Shown: positions 37,699-47,382 of the stretch, in pieces
Layout of the letters: each line of letters opens with the position of its first letter
Position numbering within the stretch: position 1 is the stretch's first letter
From: Erythrobacter sp. UBA1916
GTDB lineage: Bacteria; Pseudomonadota; Alphaproteobacteria; Sphingomonadales; Sphingomonadaceae
Length of the DNA stretch: 64,000 nucleotides
NCBI GenBank assembly: GCA_002337385.1
Contig: DDFY01000038.1
Coordinates: 4,795-68,794 of the forward strand
Direction of reading: 5' to 3'
Program-made: the position numbers and the translations under genes
Notes under the pieces: generated by a model
What the model saw: the letters and a program-made list of their open reading frames with translations, nothing else
The model's database searches: none
What the model was told of the DNA's origin: nothing

Positions 37699-39114
37699 TC
37701 AGCCCGCCAAGCCCGCCGCCACCGCAAGGCCGAGGAAAGCGAAGAAACCCATCGAATCGGTGATCATCGTCACGAACACGCTGGAAGCCACCGCCGGGTC
37801 CTGATCGAGACGCTCGAACACCACTGGCACCAGCACGCCCGCCAGCCCCGCAGTGATGATGTTGATGATGACCGCCGCGCAGATCACCACGCCCAGCTCA
37901 GGCGTGAAGATCACCGCCGTGGCAATCCCGATCAGGGCCGCCACGGTGATCCCGTTGAGCATGGCCACACGCGTTTCTCGCCAAAGGATGCGCGCGGTGT
38001 TCGACTGGGTGAGCTGGTTTGTGGCGATGGCGCGCACGGTGACGGCCATCGTCTGCGTGCCAGCATTGCCGCCAATCGAGGCGACGATCGGCATCAGAAT
38101 TGCCAATGCCACCAGCTGTTCGATCGCGGCCCCGAAGGCGGCGATAATGAGGCTGGCGATCAGCGCGGTGCCGAGGTTCGCGATCAGCCAGCGCACACGC
38201 GCCGAATAGGCATCGCGGATCGGCTCGTTGATGTCGCCTTCGCCCGCACCGCTCATCAGCAGGGCGTCTTCGCCGGCCTCTTCCTGAATGATGTGGACCA
38301 CGTCGTCGACCGTCATCTGGCCGACCAGTCGTCCGCTCTCGTCCACCACGGCGGCGGAAATAAGCGCGTATTTCTGGAATCTTAGTGCGACCTCTTCCTG
38401 GTCCGTATCAACCGAGATCAGCGTTTGGTCACGCTTCATCACATCGTACAGCGGAATGTGGCGCGGCGTCGTCAAAATCCACGAGAGCTGGCAGGTGCCG
38501 ACGGGCCGCATCCGGTGGTCAACGACGAAGACCTCCCAGAATTCGGTCGGCAAGTCCTCGTTGTCGCGCATGTAGTCGATCAGGTCGCCCACCGTGAGGT
38601 GTTCGGGCACCGCGACCAGCTCGCGCTGCATCAGGCGACCGGCGGTCTCGTCCTCGTAGGCGAGCGCGCTTTCGATCGCGGCGCGATTTTCCGGGCCCAG
38701 TTCGGCGAGAATGGCCTGTTGGTCGGCGTCGTTGAGGTCTTCGATCAGCTGCACCGCGTCGTCGGTGTCGAGCTGTTTGGCGATAATGGCGACGGCGGCG
38801 GCCGGTAGCGCCTCGACCATGTCGTCGCGGACGTAGTCGTTGAGTTCGGCCACCACTTCGACCGTCATCAGGTCGGTGATGGCGCTGGCCAGCTCGCGCC
38901 GTTCTTCGGGCGCGAGCAGTTCGAGCAAGTCGGCGATGTCAGCCGGGTGCAGCGGTTCGACCAGCGCGTAGGCGGCGGATTCGTCCTGTTCGGCCAGGGC
39001 ATCGCGCACTTCGCGCACGAATTCCGGCTTCAGGCGGTTGTCCTCGTCGAACTGCTCGCCTTCTTCGCGCGCGGGCGCGGTGTCTTCGGGGTCGAGAAGA
39101 TCGGAATCGGCCAT
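37699..39114 (-). CDS. mgtE: Magnesium transporter MgtE
   Basis: HPADIADL, TAGRLM, CBS pair, GGNAGTQT, DPAVAS. Confidence 0.95.
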   Translation of the reverse strand: MADSDLLDPEDTAPAREEGEQFDEDNRLKPEFVREVRDALAEQDESAAYALVEPLHPADIADLLELLAPEERRELASAITDLMTVEVVAELNDYVRDDMVEALPAAAVAIIAKQLDTDDAVQLIEDLNDADQQAILAELGPENRAAIESALAYEDETAGRLMQRELVAVPEHLTVGDLIDYMRDNEDLPTEFWEVFVVDHRMRPVGTCQLSWILTTPRHIPLYDVMKRDQTLISVDTDQEEVALRFQKYALISAAVVDESGRLVGQMTVDDVVHIIQEEAGEDALLMSGAGEGDINEPIRDAYSARVRWLIANLGTALIASLIIAAFGAAIEQLVALAILMPIVASIGGNAGTQTMAVTVRAIATNQLTQSNTARILWRETRVAMLNGITVAALIGIATAVIFTPELGVVICAAVIINIITAGLAGVLVPVVFERLDQDPAVASSVFVTMITDSMGFFAFLGLAVAAGLAG

Positions 39115-39259
39115 CGGGCTCGGTCTATTGCAGCGCGGTATAAAAGCAAGCGCGCCTTCGCCCTATTGCGCCGCTGAGCGATTGGCGCGGGCAAACTACG
39201 GGTGACATTGCGGGCATCCACCCTATATCGGCCCGCAAGATCCACGAGGAGATATTTGC

Positions 39260-39724
39260 ATGTCCGAAGAAACGCTTACCTTCACGCTCGACTGCGGCGA
39301 CAACAAAGGCGGCGACGTCAAGATCAAGCTGCGCAGCGACCTTGCTCCCAACCACGTTGCCCGCATCACCGAACTGGCCAAGGAAGGCTTCTACGATGGC
39401 GTGGTGTTCCACCGCGTGATCTCGAACTTCATGGCCCAGGGCGGCGATCCCACCGGCACCGGCATGTCGGGCTCGGACAAGCCCAACCTCGAACAGGAGT
39501 TCTCCGATGCCCCGCACAAGCGCGGCACCTGCTCGATGGCGCGCACCAACGATCCGAACTCGGCCAACTCGCAGTTCTTCATCTGCAACGACGACGCCCG
39601 CTTCCTTGACCGTCAGTACACGGTCTGGGGGGAAGTGATCGAAGGCATGGAACATGTCGACGCGCTGCCGGTGGGCGAGCCGCCCCGCGAACCCGGCGTG
39701 ATCGTCAAGGCCACCGTCGCCTGA
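39260..39724 (+). CDS. Cyclophilin-type peptidylprolyl isomerase
   Basis: FYDG..FHRVI..FMAQGGDP, SMAR, SANSQFFI. Confidence 0.96.
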   Translation: MSEETLTFTLDCGDNKGGDVKIKLRSDLAPNHVARITELAKEGFYDGVVFHRVISNFMAQGGDPTGTGMSGSDKPNLEQEFSDAPHKRGTCSMARTNDPNSANSQFFICNDDARFLDRQYTVWGEVIEGMEHVDALPVGEPPREPGVIVKATVA

Positions 39725-39747
39725 TCTGACTGCCTATCGGCACAACG

Positions 39748-39779
39748 AAAAAGGGGCGCCTTGCGAGGCGCCCCTTCTT
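39748..39779. terminator. Bidirectional intrinsic terminator
   Basis: AAAAAGGGGCGCCT-TGCG-AGGCGCCCCTTCTT between convergent genes. Confidence 0.85.
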
Positions 39780-39806
39780 GTATGCACGTAGCTGTAAGGC
39801 TGGCGA

Positions 39807-40799
39807 TCAGTCCGTTTCGGCGTCAGGCGCCACGTTGCGGTTGTCGATCAGCCAGCGGCCATCCTGCTTCACCACATCGTCGCGGCCCCAGCCTTGGGCC
39901 AGCATCACCGGACGCGGACCGCCCGGCGAGCCGCGCGAGACCGTCTGCCAGTAGTAATTGACCACCGCGTGGGTGGGACTGACGAAGTCGATCGTCTGGT
40001 TGCTCATCACGTGATGGAGCGGGGGTACGTCTTCGCCCTTGGCCGCGCGTTCGGCCCGGCCGGCGGCCATCGAGGTGACCATGTTGTGCAGCGCTTCGCG
40101 CCCCTTGGTCTGTCCGAAGGCGCCGTCCGGGGTGAAGACTTCCGCATAGGCGTCAGCATCCCAGGTATCGATCGCACGGACATAGTTCCACATCAGCTCT
40201 TCGATCGCGCTGCGGTCGGCCAGCTGCTGTGCGGCAGCTTCGGGCGTAAGCGTGGTCGCCTGCGGGGGTGCGGCGGCGGGCAGGGTGGCAGGGTCCCAGT
40301 GCTCGTCAGCCTTACCGTCGACGAAGCGCCAGGTATCGAACCAGGTCGTGGTGTAGCTCTGCGAGGGATCGTCGGCATAGGGCACGATCCGGCGCGTGAG
40401 GATCGTTACATAGTCGCCCTCTGCCTGCACCGCGACAACGCCGTTGGGGTCTTCCGCCGAAAGCGCGGGGCAAGGATCAAGCTCCGGGCGCTTGGCGACC
40501 TGGGTGAAGTAGTACATCACCCCTTCAAGCCCCGATGCGGCCATGGGATTGTGCTGGATATAGGCATCGGTCAGCCATTCGTCCGCGCGGCTCCACTCGT
40601 TGCATTTGAGCAGGTTGCGCTGGATATGAAGGGCCGCCTGCTTGTTGCGGTTCAGCACCGGATCATCGCTGGTGAACAGGCTCTCGGGATCAGGGTGGGG
40701 CACCACCGGATCGGAAAGCGCGCGCATTTGTGCCTGCGCGGCAAATGGCATGGTCGCAAGGCCGAGCGCTGCTGCCAGCAAGGCGGTCTTCAGTTTCAT
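39807..40799 (-). CDS. Exported protein with two tandem SnoaL/NTF2-like domains
   Basis: Signal peptide; domain 1 YIQHNP...DTWRFVDGKADEHWD; domain 2 DRSAIEEL...D...FTPDG...HHVMSN...DGRWLI. Confidence 0.8.
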   Translation of the reverse strand: MKLKTALLAAALGLATMPFAAQAQMRALSDPVVPHPDPESLFTSDDPVLNRNKQAALHIQRNLLKCNEWSRADEWLTDAYIQHNPMAASGLEGVMYYFTQVAKRPELDPCPALSAEDPNGVVAVQAEGDYVTILTRRIVPYADDPSQSYTTTWFDTWRFVDGKADEHWDPATLPAAAPPQATTLTPEAAAQQLADRSAIEELMWNYVRAIDTWDADAYAEVFTPDGAFGQTKGREALHNMVTSMAAGRAERAAKGEDVPPLHHVMSNQTIDFVSPTHAVVNYYWQTVSRGSPGGPRPVMLAQGWGRDDVVKQDGRWLIDNRNVAPDAETD

Positions 40800-40871
40800 G
40801 ATCTCTCCCCTTTTCGAATGACCGGGCGATCTTGCCCTATTTCATTATGTTTCGAAAGTATTTTGCAGCAG

Positions 40872-41750
40872 CTAGAGCCCGGCACCGACCAGCCAGTCGT
40901 GAAACAGCCGCACAGGGCGCAGCGCCAGATCGGCCGGGCGGCACAAGAAGCAATAGGAATAGGGGCTGGGCACGTTGATGTCGTAGAGCTTGGCCAGCCG
41001 GGGGTCGTTGTTACGCGCCAAGTGGTCGTCATGCATCACGGCAATGCCAAGGCCCTGCGCGGCGGCTTCGAGGATGAGCTGCCCTGAATCGTAGTGATCG
41101 ACCGCCATCGGCTGCAGATTTTCCATCCCGAGGGCGGTCTTCCACGCCTCGAAGCTCAGGTGCATGTCGGTGTGGACCAGGAATGTCTGCTCGCTCAGAA
41201 TCTTCTCGTCAGGCTCCGATCCGATCTCGGCCACCAGCTCGCGGTTGGCGATGGCATGGATCGTGTTCTGGTCCAGCTTGACCGAGTGGAACGACGGGTC
41301 CGGCTCGTGGACCAGCCCGATCACGGCATCAAGCGTATCGCCAATGCGGCCGAGCTGGTTGGGGCTGGTGTCGATGTCGAGGTGCAGGCGCGGGTGCAGC
41401 CGGCGCAGCTCGGGCAGACGCGGGAACAGCCGCTGGGTGCCGAACAGAGGGGTCACGCCAAGCCGCAGCCGCAACAGCTGCAGGTTTTCCGATTGCGCCT
41501 CGACCGCAGTGGCCAGGGCTTCGAGATGAGGGGAGACCTTGTCGTAGAACTGGCGGCCTTCCTCGGTCAGCCGCATGGCCTGGCCCTGACGGCTGAACAT
41601 CTTGCGCCCGGTGAAGTCTTCCAGACTGGCGATCCGGCGTGACAGCGCTGACGGACTCAGGCCAAGTTCACTCGCCGCGGCACGCGCGGAGCCGAGCCGG
41701 ACAGTTCGAACAAAAGCCTCGAGGGCGCGCAAAGGGGGCAGGCGACGCAT
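40872..41750 (-). CDS. LysR family regulator (GcvA-like)
   Basis: LPPLRALEAF...AASELGLSPSALSRRI..LE. Confidence 0.92.
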   Translation of the reverse strand: MRRLPPLRALEAFVRTVRLGSARAAASELGLSPSALSRRIASLEDFTGRKMFSRQGQAMRLTEEGRQFYDKVSPHLEALATAVEAQSENLQLLRLRLGVTPLFGTQRLFPRLPELRRLHPRLHLDIDTSPNQLGRIGDTLDAVIGLVHEPDPSFHSVKLDQNTIHAIANRELVAEIGSEPDEKILSEQTFLVHTDMHLSFEAWKTALGMENLQPMAVDHYDSGQLILEAAAQGLGIAVMHDDHLARNNDPRLAKLYDINVPSPYSYCFLCRPADLALRPVRLFHDWLVGAGL

Positions 41751-41847
41751 GGGGCCTTTCTAAATCGCTCACTCTCTCCCAACGGGGGCAATATCGCATG
41801 TGCAGCATTTTGGCGAGTGCGCTGCAAAATTTGTTGGTAAAAGAAGT

Positions 41848-42789
41848 TTAACTATCGGTGTTTTCGTCGCTTGCTGGCGTTGGTGCGTGCAGGCGCAGGC
41901 GGGTGACATGGGTTTCGTCACCCTCGATCACCTCGATCCGCCAGCCTGCCGGATGTTCGAGCACGGTGCCCGGTTGCGGCACCTGCTCGGCCAGCACAAA
42001 GGCCAGGCCGCCGAGCGTGTCCACGGATTCCTCGATCTCGGCGAGACGCGGATCGCCCACCAGTTCGGCCACGTCATCAAGTTCGGCACGAGCATCGCAG
42101 TCCCACAGGCCATCCTCGAGCTTGACCACCTGCTCCACGCGTTCATCGTCGTGCTCGTCCTCGATCTCGCCGATGATTTCCTCGACCAGGTCTTCGATGG
42201 TGATGATCCCGTCGGTACCCGAAAACTCGTCGAGCACGATGGCGAGATGGGTGCGCTTGGTGCGCATGTCGGCCAGCACGTCAAGCGCGCCGCGCGACTG
42301 CGGGACATAGAGCGGCTCGCGCATCATCATGGTCCAGTCGGAGGGCGGGGCCGCCCCGCTGGCGAGGTAGGAGAACACATCCTTGATGTGCATCATGCCG
42401 ATGACGTCGTCGAGCTTCTCGCGGTAGACCGGCATGCGCGACACACCATGTTCGGCGAACTGCGCGACCATCTCGTCCCAGCTCGCCTCGGCGGGCAGGG
42501 CGATGATTTCGGAGCGGGGGATGGCGACATCGTCAGCATCGTGCTCGGAAAAGTGCAGCAGGTTGCGGAGCATGACCAGCTCGACCTGCGAGAGATCGCC
42601 CTTGCCGGAGCCGCTTTCGCCGCGACCGTTCTCGTCCTCGTGATCGTCGATAGCCTCTTCGATCTGGGCTCTCAGGCTGGTGTCGGCACCGTTGTCGAAC
42701 AGGGAGCGCAGCGCGCCCCACAGGCCGCCGCTGCTACTACTGTCCTCGTCTCCTGCGGGAGACTGCTCGCTTTGTCCGGGTTCGGGCAT
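41848..42789 (-). CDS. corC: HlyC/CorC family CBS-domain protein
   Basis: CBS pair, SRMPVY, DEFSGTDGIITIEDLVEEIIGEIEDEHD. Confidence 0.88.
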   Translation of the reverse strand: MPEPGQSEQSPAGDEDSSSSGGLWGALRSLFDNGADTSLRAQIEEAIDDHEDENGRGESGSGKGDLSQVELVMLRNLLHFSEHDADDVAIPRSEIIALPAEASWDEMVAQFAEHGVSRMPVYREKLDDVIGMMHIKDVFSYLASGAAPPSDWTMMMREPLYVPQSRGALDVLADMRTKRTHLAIVLDEFSGTDGIITIEDLVEEIIGEIEDEHDDERVEQVVKLEDGLWDCDARAELDDVAELVGDPRLAEIEESVDTLGGLAFVLAEQVPQPGTVLEHPAGWRIEVIEGDETHVTRLRLHAPTPASDENTDS

Positions 42790-42811
42790 AGCCCTGTCGT
42801 TATGTCCCTGT

Positions 42812-43300
42812 TTATTGGTGGTCGGCTGCATATGGGTCAGCAATGGCCAGAAGTGCAAGCGCCTTCACTTCGAGCGCTTCCATTTCCTCGGCATCGGCAT
42901 CGGAAATCTCGTGATCGTGCCCGGCCAGATGGAGCAGGCCGTGGACGATCAGATGCGCGGCGTGATGATCGAGCGGCACGCCCTTATCCGCCGCCTCGCG
43001 CGCGCAGACGCCATGGGCGAGGGCAAGGTCGCCGAGCATTTCGGGCGGGCCGTCCGGGTCCAGATGGATGAGGTCTTCGCGTTCGAGCATCGGGAACGAG
43101 AGCACGTTGGTGGGGTTGTCGCGTTGGCGCCATTCGCGGTTGAGGTCGTGCACCTCTTCGTCGGAGGTGAAGATGAGGCTGGTAACGAGGCGCGGGTTGG
43201 CCAGTTCGGGCGCGACTTTGCACGCGGCCTCGGCCACACGTTCGGCCAGCACGTCCCATTGGCCCGCAGGCCAGCCTTCAATGTCGATTTCGAGGTCCAT
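42812..43300 (-). CDS. ybeY: rRNA maturation RNase YbeY
   Basis: PTNVLSFP, HGLLHLAGHDH. Confidence 0.96.
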   Translation of the reverse strand: MDLEIDIEGWPAGQWDVLAERVAEAACKVAPELANPRLVTSLIFTSDEEVHDLNREWRQRDNPTNVLSFPMLEREDLIHLDPDGPPEMLGDLALAHGVCAREAADKGVPLDHHAAHLIVHGLLHLAGHDHEISDADAEEMEALEVKALALLAIADPYAADHQ

Positions 43301-43331
43301 GTACTTCCGTTAGTCTTAGCCCAAATTGCCA

Positions 43332-43420
43332 CATCCGCTCGGCCTGAGCTTGTCGAGGGGCAGTCACCGCCTTCCATGGGCTTGGGGTGGCGTTCCTTCG
43401 ACAGGCTCAGGATGAGCGGA
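43332..43420. repeat. REP/MITE-like inverted repeat, copy 2
   Basis: CATCCGCTCGGCCTGAGCTTGTCGAGGG ... CCTTCGACAGGCTCAGGATGAGCGGA, between phoH and ybeY. Confidence 0.85.
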
Positions 43421-43431
43421 CCTGGCTCTTC

Positions 43432-44478
43432 CTACTTGGCGTCCGGCCCTTCGTAGGCTTCGACGATCCGTCCCACAATCGGGTGTCTTACCACGTCGGC
43501 AGCGGTGAAGCGGGTGACGCCGATACCCTCGACACCCTCCAGCCGTTCGACCGCGTCGGCGAGGCCGCTCATGCGGTCGCCGCCGGGAATGTCGACCTGA
43601 CGCGGGTCGCCGCAGATCACCATCCGGCTGTTCTGGCCAAAGCGGGTGAGGAACATCTTCATCTGTTCGCGCGTGGTGTTCTGCGCCTCGTCGAGGATCA
43701 CGAAGGCATCGGCCAGCGTGCGCCCGCGCATGAAGGCGATCGGTGCGATCTCGATTTCGCCCGAGGCGATCCGCCGCTCCACCTGTTCGGGCGGCATGCA
43801 GTCGAACAGCGCATCGTAAAGCGGGCGCAGGTAGGGATCGACCTTGTCCTTCATGTCGCCGGGCAGGAAGCCGAGTTTTTCACCCGCCTCCACCGCCGGA
43901 CGCGACAGGATCAGCCGCTGCACCGAGCCAGTGATCAGCTGAGAAACCGCCTGCGCCACGGCGAGATAGGTCTTGCCGGTGCCGGCCGGGCCGAGCGCGA
44001 AAATCACGTCGCGGCTGGCGAGCTGGCGCATATAGTCGCCCTGCATCGCGCTGCGCGGGGTGATCGTCTTCTTGCGCGTGCGGATCATGATCGGCGGGGT
44101 CTTGGCATCGCCGGTGATAATGCCTTCGAGCGTAGGCTCGTTGCTCATTGCGATCAGCGCTTCGATGGCGCCTGCGTCCATCTCTTCGCCCTGCAACAGT
44201 TTCTCGTGCATTTTCAGGAGGACGTCGCGGGCGCGGGCCACTTCGTCTTCGCTGCCCTCAATCACCACCCGGTCACCGCGGGCGGCGATGAACACGCCCA
44301 GCCGGTTCTCGAGATGGACGAGGTTGGCGTCGAATTCGCCGAACAGCATGCCGAGCGCGGCCTGTTCGTCGAAGATGACCTCAAGACGAGCACGGCGCGA
44401 GGCGTCGCGGCGGTCTTCGGGGTGAGCGATCGCGGCAGCGCGTCCGGTGTTGGTGCCACGGTGAGCTTTGCGGGCCAT
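43432..44478 (-). CDS. phoH: PhoH/YbeZ family ATPase
   Basis: GPAGTGKT, RPAVEAGE.LGFLPG, MRGRTL, DEAQN. Confidence 0.95.
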   Translation of the reverse strand: MARKAHRGTNTGRAAAIAHPEDRRDASRRARLEVIFDEQAALGMLFGEFDANLVHLENRLGVFIAARGDRVVIEGSEDEVARARDVLLKMHEKLLQGEEMDAGAIEALIAMSNEPTLEGIITGDAKTPPIMIRTRKKTITPRSAMQGDYMRQLASRDVIFALGPAGTGKTYLAVAQAVSQLITGSVQRLILSRPAVEAGEKLGFLPGDMKDKVDPYLRPLYDALFDCMPPEQVERRIASGEIEIAPIAFMRGRTLADAFVILDEAQNTTREQMKMFLTRFGQNSRMVICGDPRQVDIPGGDRMSGLADAVERLEGVEGIGVTRFTAADVVRHPIVGRIVEAYEGPDAK

Positions 44479-44585
44479 CGAGTCCTTTCTTCGCTTGTCC
44501 TTATGAGAATAGGACTGATCGGGCCGCAGACAAGCGCACCGCCTGTGGAAGGCGGTGGAAAGTCATGGAAATGCCTTGAGTGGTG

Positions 44586-45929
44586 TCAGGCCTGCGCGGG
44601 TTGGAGCAGGCGCCCGGCAAGCGAATTCGGCCCGGCCTGCACCAGTTCGACCTCGACCACATCACCCATCGCGCAATCGCCCTCGAAGAACACCGATTGC
44701 AGCCACGGCGACTTGCCGAGCCATTGGCCCGGGTGTTTGCCCTTGCGCTCGATCAGCACCTTGCAGGTCTTGCCGACAGAGGCCTCGTTGAAGGCGAGCT
44801 GGTGACGATTAAGCGCGGCCTGCAAGCGCTGGAGCCGCTCGTTCATCACTTCGGGGGCGATCTGGCCGTCCATGCTGGCGGCGGGCGTGCCGGGGCGGGG
44901 CGAATACTTAAAGCTATAGGCTGCGGCGTATTTCACCGTGTCGACCAGCGCCAGGGTCTCTTCGAACTCGGCCTCGGTTTCGCCGGGAAAGCCGACGATG
45001 AAGTCGCCTGACAGGGCAATATCGGGCCGCACTTCGCGGAAGCGGTCGAGCAGCTTGAGATAGCTCTCGGCCGTGTGGCTGCGGTTCATCGCCTTGAGCA
45101 CCCGGTCCGAGCCGGATTGCACCGGCAAGTGCAGGTAAGGCATCAGCTTCTCGACCTCGCCATGGGCGGCGATCAGCCCATCGGTCATGTCGTTGGGGTG
45201 GCTGGTGGTGTAGCGGATGCGCTGCAGGTCGGGCAGTTCGGCCAGCGCGCGGATCAGTCCGTCGAAGCCGACGGCGCGGCCCTTGTCGTCCTCGCCGCTC
45301 CAGGCATTGACGTTCTGCCCAAGCAGCGTCAGCTCGCGTGCACCGGCTTCCACCAGTTTCTCCGCCTCAAGCAGCAAGTCCCTGTACGGGCGCGAAATTT
45401 CTGCTCCGCGCGTATAGGGAACCACGCAGTAGGTACAGAACTTGTCGCAGCCTTCCTGCACCGTGAGGAAAGCGCTGGCGGCCACCTTGCGGCGGGCGGG
45501 GAGCGCAGCAAACTTGGCGTCCTCGGGCATGTCGGTGTCGGTGCTGCGGCGCCCTGCGGCGGCGTCCTTCACCATGTCACCCAAGCGGTGATAGGCCTGC
45601 GGACCAACCACCATGCCGACCGCCGGAGCGCGGGCCATGATCTCTTCGCCTTCGGCCTGCGCAACGCAGCCCGCGACGGCGATCATCGGCTTCTTGCCGG
45701 CCTCTTCGCCCGATTTCACGAGGCGGCCGATGTCCGAATAGACCTTTTCGGTGGCCTTCTCGCGGATATGGCAGGTGTTGAGCACGACGAGGTCAGCGTC
45801 TTCGCCCTCGGGTGCAGCCGTGATGCCTTGCGCTTCGAGCAGTTCGCCCATGCGCTCGCCATCGTAGACGTTCATCTGGCAGCCGAAGCTTTTGACCCGG
45901 TAGGTCTTGGGAGTGGTGGTCGGTTTCAT
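44586..45929 (-). CDS. miaB: tRNA-2-methylthio-N6-isopentenyladenosine synthase
   Basis: FGCQMNVYD, NTCHIRE, GCDKFCTYC, TRAM-like C-terminus. Confidence 0.97.
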   Translation of the reverse strand: MKPTTTPKTYRVKSFGCQMNVYDGERMGELLEAQGITAAPEGEDADLVVLNTCHIREKATEKVYSDIGRLVKSGEEAGKKPMIAVAGCVAQAEGEEIMARAPAVGMVVGPQAYHRLGDMVKDAAAGRRSTDTDMPEDAKFAALPARRKVAASAFLTVQEGCDKFCTYCVVPYTRGAEISRPYRDLLLEAEKLVEAGARELTLLGQNVNAWSGEDDKGRAVGFDGLIRALAELPDLQRIRYTTSHPNDMTDGLIAAHGEVEKLMPYLHLPVQSGSDRVLKAMNRSHTAESYLKLLDRFREVRPDIALSGDFIVGFPGETEAEFEETLALVDTVKYAAAYSFKYSPRPGTPAASMDGQIAPEVMNERLQRLQAALNRHQLAFNEASVGKTCKVLIERKGKHPGQWLGKSPWLQSVFFEGDCAMGDVVEVELVQAGPNSLAGRLLQPAQA

Positions 45930-45970
45930 GAGAAGGGGGCCGATACAGGAAAAACGCCGGAGGTGAAAGA

Positions 45971-46840
45971 TCAGGTCGGCGGGTCGTCGGGTGGAGGCTT
46001 GGGCTGGTAACGGATCGGTGCGACTTCGTGCGCAAAGTCACGCGGGGGCTTGCCCAGTGTGCGGACCAGCTCAGCCTCGATCATCTTGCGCGCTTTGGCC
46101 GCGATCAGCTTGCGGCTGCCCTTGCCATGGTCTTCAGGCGGGAAGGGATCGAGGAAGTGGAGGTCCACCCGGAACGAGCCAGGTCGGGCAAGTAACCGCA
46201 GCGCATTGTTCACGCCCGTTTCCTCGCCAATCCAGCCGATTTCTTCGCCCATGGCGCCATAATCGATAAACACCGGCTGCACCAAAACGCCCGTCGGCGG
46301 CGGTTCGAGCATCTTCAGCATCGAGGTCTTGAACGGGAGCAGTGATTGCCCGTCGGTGGTGGTGCCTTCGGGGAAAATGGTGACGGACCAGTTGTCCATC
46401 AGCGCCTCGCGCACGGCGTTGATCTGGTCGGCCACGTCCATCCGCGCCTCGCGCTGGACGTAAACCGTGCGGTTGAGACCTGCCAGCCAGCCCACCACCG
46501 GGGCTTTTTGCAATTCGGCCTTGGCGACAAAGGCTGTGCCGCTCGCACCCGCCAGCGCGAGGATGTCGATCCACGACACATGGTTGGCAAGAAACACAAC
46601 ATCCCGCCGCAGCGCCGTGCCGCGCCGTTTCACCCGCGCGCCGCAGATCCGTGCGGCTAAGTAAAGGAACAGTTTGGGGAAGGGCGAACCATAGGCTGTG
46701 ATTCGCCACAGATAATGCAGCGGTACGCAGACCAGCAGCGCCAGCAGCAGTCCCAAGACCCGCAGACCGATTCGCAGCCAGCCATGCGGCGAAATATGCG
46801 GCTTCGCACCCGCGGCGATGGCGGCGCGATCGGGCTTCAC
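45971..46840 (-). CDS. Lysophospholipid acyltransferase (PlsC/OlsA-like)
   Basis: NHVSWID, FVAK, FPEGT; GTG start inferred. Confidence 0.9.
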   Translation of the reverse strand: MKPDRAAIAAGAKPHISPHGWLRIGLRVLGLLLALLVCVPLHYLWRITAYGSPFPKLFLYLAARICGARVKRRGTALRRDVVFLANHVSWIDILALAGASGTAFVAKAELQKAPVVGWLAGLNRTVYVQREARMDVADQINAVREALMDNWSVTIFPEGTTTDGQSLLPFKTSMLKMLEPPPTGVLVQPVFIDYGAMGEEIGWIGEETGVNNALRLLARPGSFRVDLHFLDPFPPEDHGKGSRKLIAAKARKMIEAELVRTLGKPPRDFAHEVAPIRYQPKPPPDDPPT

Positions 46841-46853
46841 ACGCGCGCCGTCT

Positions 46854-47282
46854 CTAGGCCTTGTCTTCGCGGTCGATCCGCACGCCATACAGCTCCATGC
46901 GGTGATCGACGAGGCGATAGCCCAGCTTCTCGGCGATCTGCTTCTGCAGCGCCTCCAGCTCGGGATCGACAAACTCGACAACCTTGCCCGTCTCCACGTC
47001 GATCAGGTGATCGTGGTGCGCTTCGGGCACGGGTTCGTAGCGCGAACGGCCATCGCCGAAGTCATGCCGATCGAGGATGCCTGCCTCTTCGAACAGGCGC
47101 ACAGTGCGATAGACCGTGGCGATCGAGATCTTGGGATCGATGGCGGATGCGCGCGCGTGCAGCGCCTCGACATCGGGGTGATCGGAACTGTCCGACAGGA
47201 CTTTTGCGATAACGCGGCGCTGATCAGTAATGCGAAGGCCGCGCTCGGCGCAGAGGGCTTCGAGATCGATGGTCTGGGGCAA
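46854..47282 (-). CDS. fur: Fur family metalloregulator (Fur/Mur)
   Basis: RITDQR, SIATVYRT, HHDHLI; TTG start inferred. Confidence 0.92.
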   Translation of the reverse strand: MPQTIDLEALCAERGLRITDQRRVIAKVLSDSSDHPDVEALHARASAIDPKISIATVYRTVRLFEEAGILDRHDFGDGRSRYEPVPEAHHDHLIDVETGKVVEFVDPELEALQKQIAEKLGYRLVDHRMELYGVRIDREDKA

Positions 47283-47315
47283 GGGCGGCCTCTTTTCGGT
47301 AAGGCAGAAATGCAA

Positions 47316-47344
47316 ACGCCCCGGACCATAGGTGGCCGGGGCGT
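47316..47344 (-). terminator. Hairpin after mucR (possible terminator)
   Basis: ACGCCCCGG / CCGGGGCGT stem with only a weak T tract on the minus strand. Confidence 0.5.
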
Positions 47345-47382
47345 AGTGCTCAAGTATTTGCCGGAATTTGTCCGGAGCCAGA

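Noticed and set aside
20294-43420. The two palindromic repeats as CRISPR repeats or IS ends
   Set aside because: There is no array, cas gene or transposase; each copy is a self-contained inverted pair
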